Shown: piece after piece, positions 60,960-64,000 of the stretch
Layout of the letters: each line of letters starts with the position of its first letter
Numbering within the stretch: the first letter of the stretch is position 1
Source of the DNA: Azolla caroliniana
Lineage: Eukaryota > Plantae > Polypodiophyta
DNA length: 64,000 nucleotides
Direction: 5' to 3'
Assembly (NCBI GenBank): GCA_043228905.1
Contig: JBHGNT010000006.1
Coordinates: 14,012,001-14,076,000 of the forward strand
Translations under genes and position numbers: made by a program
Notes under the pieces: model-generated
The model's input: only the letters and a program-made list of their open reading frames with translations
Told to the model about the DNA's origin: nothing
The model's database searches: none

Positions 60960-63713
60960 CACGTGGCCTCCTTCGTGGCATCGTCCGTGAACTGGTCTGT
61001 GCCATGAGACTCGGCGAAGGGATTATCTAGGGTATTTCCTTGGTAAGGTCGAAGTCAGAATCCATTTACCCAACTTTTGACGGTGTCTCCGGCAAGTGTG
61101 CTGAGTTGGAATGTGTCGTTAAACTCGTCAATTATCCAGAAGGGGCCTGTCCATCGGAATCATAATTTCCCCGGCATAGCACCGAGTCGTGTTTGGAAGA
61201 CTAGTACCGAGTCGTGTTTGGAAGCCTCGACCCATTTTGTGTAATAGTTCGTAGCCACGATTATATATTTGTTACCGGTGTGAGCCGCGACTGGTTTGAA
61301 AGGTCCCACAAAATCTAACCCCCACTTTTGAAATGGTTCTAACGGGAGAATGGGTTGGTGCGGCATCCGTGCTTGCTCAGTTGGTTGTCCCATGCATTGA
61401 CACAAATCGCACTGTCGACAGAATTCATGAGCATATTTTTTCGTTGTAGGCCACCATAAGCCACTTTGCCATATTCTTCTTCCTGTGGCCTCTCCAGCGT
61501 AATGTCCCCCCACGATTCCGTGATGTGCCTCTTGGAGGATTGCGTGTTTCTCGAATTGACGGATTGCACGGCGCCAGATGTTGTCCGAGCCTTTGTGGTA
61601 GAGGGTGTCGGAGACCAGACAAAAGTTTCGGCTCCGAACAGCTAGTCGTTTCCGAGTTCGAGGGTCAGGTGGTCGGGAGGATGGCAGGTGCTGAGGAAAT
61701 GGGTCATGTCCGTCATCCATTCATCTTCATTTTCGTCTGGCACCGTTGCGAGACTAAAAAGGGCGACGTCGGGTAGATCATCGTAGGTGGAGCCAGCTGG
61801 TTCTCCTGACACGAGGCGGCTCAGGTAGTCAGCTACGGCATGTTGGACTCCGGGCTGGTGCTAGATCTGAAAATCAAACTCTTGTAGTAGGAGCAACCTG
61901 TGAGGGCCGAGTAGAGGAGAGCCGAGTGATCGACATGGAATGTGAATTTCCGGCCCAAGAGGTAATGCCGGAATTTGTTGATGTCGTAGACCATACCGAG
62001 GGCCTTGCGTTCAGTTGTTGAGTTGTTCTTCTCCGCAGCCGAGAGTTGTCAGCTAGCATAATACTTTGGCCGGTACCAATTTGGTGGTGTGCACTGCATG
62101 AGTGCGCTACCGATGGCTATATTTGATGCGTCTACGAAGACGTGAAAAGGTTCAGACCAGACTGGTGGTTGTACAACAGGGGCATGGGAGAGCATTAACT
62201 TCAAGGATTGGTAAGCCTCGTCTTCTATTGAAAACCACTGAAATGGGAGTCTATGCACAGCCGCATGCAATGGAGTCATGAAATCGGCCAGGTGTTGTAA
62301 CATCTGGCTATGCCATCTGATTTGGCCCAGGAATCGGCTAAGGGACTTCGCGGTAGAGGGCGTGGGAGCGTTCAAAATGGCTTGCACTTTATCCGGGTCC
62401 ATGGCGATACCTGACTGACTGACTATGTGCCTGAGCAGGTTGCCGCTTGTCACCAAGAATGCGCCTTTTGCCGAATTTATGCTCAACCGAGCTTGTCGAC
62501 ATCGATCGAGACAGAGGCATAACTGGGTCATATGCTCCAGCCACTGGCCATACACGGCAAACTCGTCGAGGAAAACTTGCATGAACGCCGGGATATACTC
62601 GTTGAAAATCTCGGTGATGATGCATTCGAATGTGGCCGGTGCCGTTTTTAATCCGAACATCATTACCTCGGCCACGAAGACACCCCATTCCATGACAAAC
62701 CGCATTTTCTCCTGATCGTTCGGGTGCATTCTGATTTGGTTATAGCCACTGAACCCATCGAGAAAATTGTAGCATTCATGGCCAGCCACCATGTCAAGGA
62801 CACTATCCGTGAATGAGAAAGGAAACCCATCCGTGACTGTCGTAGCATTGAGTTTGCGGTAATCAACGCAAACACGGATTTTCTCATTTTTCTTGGGGAC
62901 GACGACTATTGGGCATAACCATGTGGCTCTTTTTACTAGGCGTATAAAACCTACTCGGAGGAGCTTGTCGATCTCCTCTTTGACCTTAGCCGCGTAGTTG
63001 GGGTTCATACAGTATCGTTATTGTTGGACGGGCCGAGCGTCAGGCAGGAGGTGTATTTGGTGTTGGTAATATTGGGGATCCAATCCCTTCATATCAGTGT
63101 AAGACCATGTGAATACATCCTGATAATCCGTGAGTAGGTGTATGAGGGTTGACCGTTCGTTGACTGGTAAGTTGTTAGCGATTTGTAGTGTACGCGGGTT
63201 CTCGTCGGAGCCGAGGTTGAGTGACTCGAGTGTTGATGCTTTGACTCGCTGGGAGATGGCGAGTTCTCGTTCAAACGCATCCCAAGCATGACTTAATTCC
63301 ACAATAGTTTTGGAATCTGGCTCGCTCGGGGGAAGTGAATCTTCCGTGACATCCTCGTCTAGGGGTGTGCCGAAGGCCGAGATGGCGTCTATTTCGAAGA
63401 GGGGTATGATAGTGGGATGATCTTCTAGGAAGTCCTCCACCTCGTCGTCAGCTAACCCGTCGAGCATGTGTACCCCTTCCGCGTATAAGGGTGTGGTGTT
63501 GTGGGGCGTGGTCAGGCATTCTTCTGTTATTATCCGTATCTTGGTCTTTCCCTAGCGGAAAGAGTATTTCGTTGCCAATGTTGCTTAATATTTGTTGTGC
63601 GCAGCCAGGGTCATCCAAGCAGCATTGGGTAGGCACCCGGAGCTTTGAGGCGTAACACGACTGCCGAGATAGTGAACATGTGGCCTCCTAACGTGAACTT
63701 GAGGTGGCAGATT
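60960..63713 (-). pseudogene. gypsy pol (PR end, RT, RNaseH, INT) of Gy3
   Basis: RT, RNaseH and INT motifs as listed for Gy3; integrase core deleted near 61210, with a 19-bp duplication ACCGAGTCGTGTTTGGAAG. Confidence 0.88.
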
Positions 63714-64000
63714 TGTTAGGAAACAGGTCCCTCCGGATGGTGAAGACCCGGTGAGAACCGGATTAAGAGTACCCGGCTACGGAGAGCCGGATGGTGCAGA
63801 CCCGGTGAGAACTGGATGAAGAGTACACGGCTATGGAGAGTCGGATGGTGCAGACCCGGTGAGAACCGGATGACGAGGTACCCGGCAAGCGCCGAATGAT
63901 GCAGGCCCGGTGAGGAGTGCTCACCGGATGAAGAGACATATTCATAAATATGTTTCTGAGAGTCCATCGTGGCTATATTTGTAAATAGCCGAAAAGTCAT
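63714..64000 (+). repeat. start of an LTR of an F-type Tork copia (J) inserted in Gy3
   Basis: TGTTAGGAAACAGGTCCCTCCGGATGG is the reverse complement of the F LTR end; it has ~60-bp U3 repeats and runs off the window. Confidence 0.88.

Larger units (their letters stand above)
56752..63713 (-). mobile_element. Ty3/gypsy non-chromovirus-like element Gy3 with an extra 3' ORF
   Basis: Putative 3' LTR 56752-57323 (TGTTAAC...GATAACA); RT 62049-63008 (CVDYRKLN, FGLKTAPATF, FLDE); RNaseH (VDASNIAIG); INT 61160-61720 ([16 protein letters not shown]). Confidence 0.85.

Overview
This is a gene-free block of stacked plant LTR retrotransposons, probably from a non-seed land plant such as a fern (inferred from element types, Met-i/Trp primer sites and TTTAGGG motifs). 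Target-site duplications resolve three nests: copia A2 (8431-14018) inside copia A1; intact Tnt1/Tork-like copia D (23325-28756) inside the 3' LTR of copia B (18002-29102), inside copia C; and Tork-like E (40470-45862) inside an LTR of F (38103-45902), inside copia G. Ty3/gypsy elements lie at 1-6020, ~15925-16850, 31945-34381 (tRNA-Trp primed, gag only) and 56752-63713 (with a large extra 3' ORF). D carries the only intact long ORF (1357 aa); E differs by one nonsense codon. The most unusual signal is a copia family (A2, B, C, G, H, I) whose pol reads through the normal polypurine-tract position into a conserved charged C-terminal tail before a second PPT. A 2.3-kb mini-element (H) has lost pol and fuses gag in frame to that tail. 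No host genes, RNA genes or CRISPR arrays were found. All alignments and mismatch counts were done by eye.
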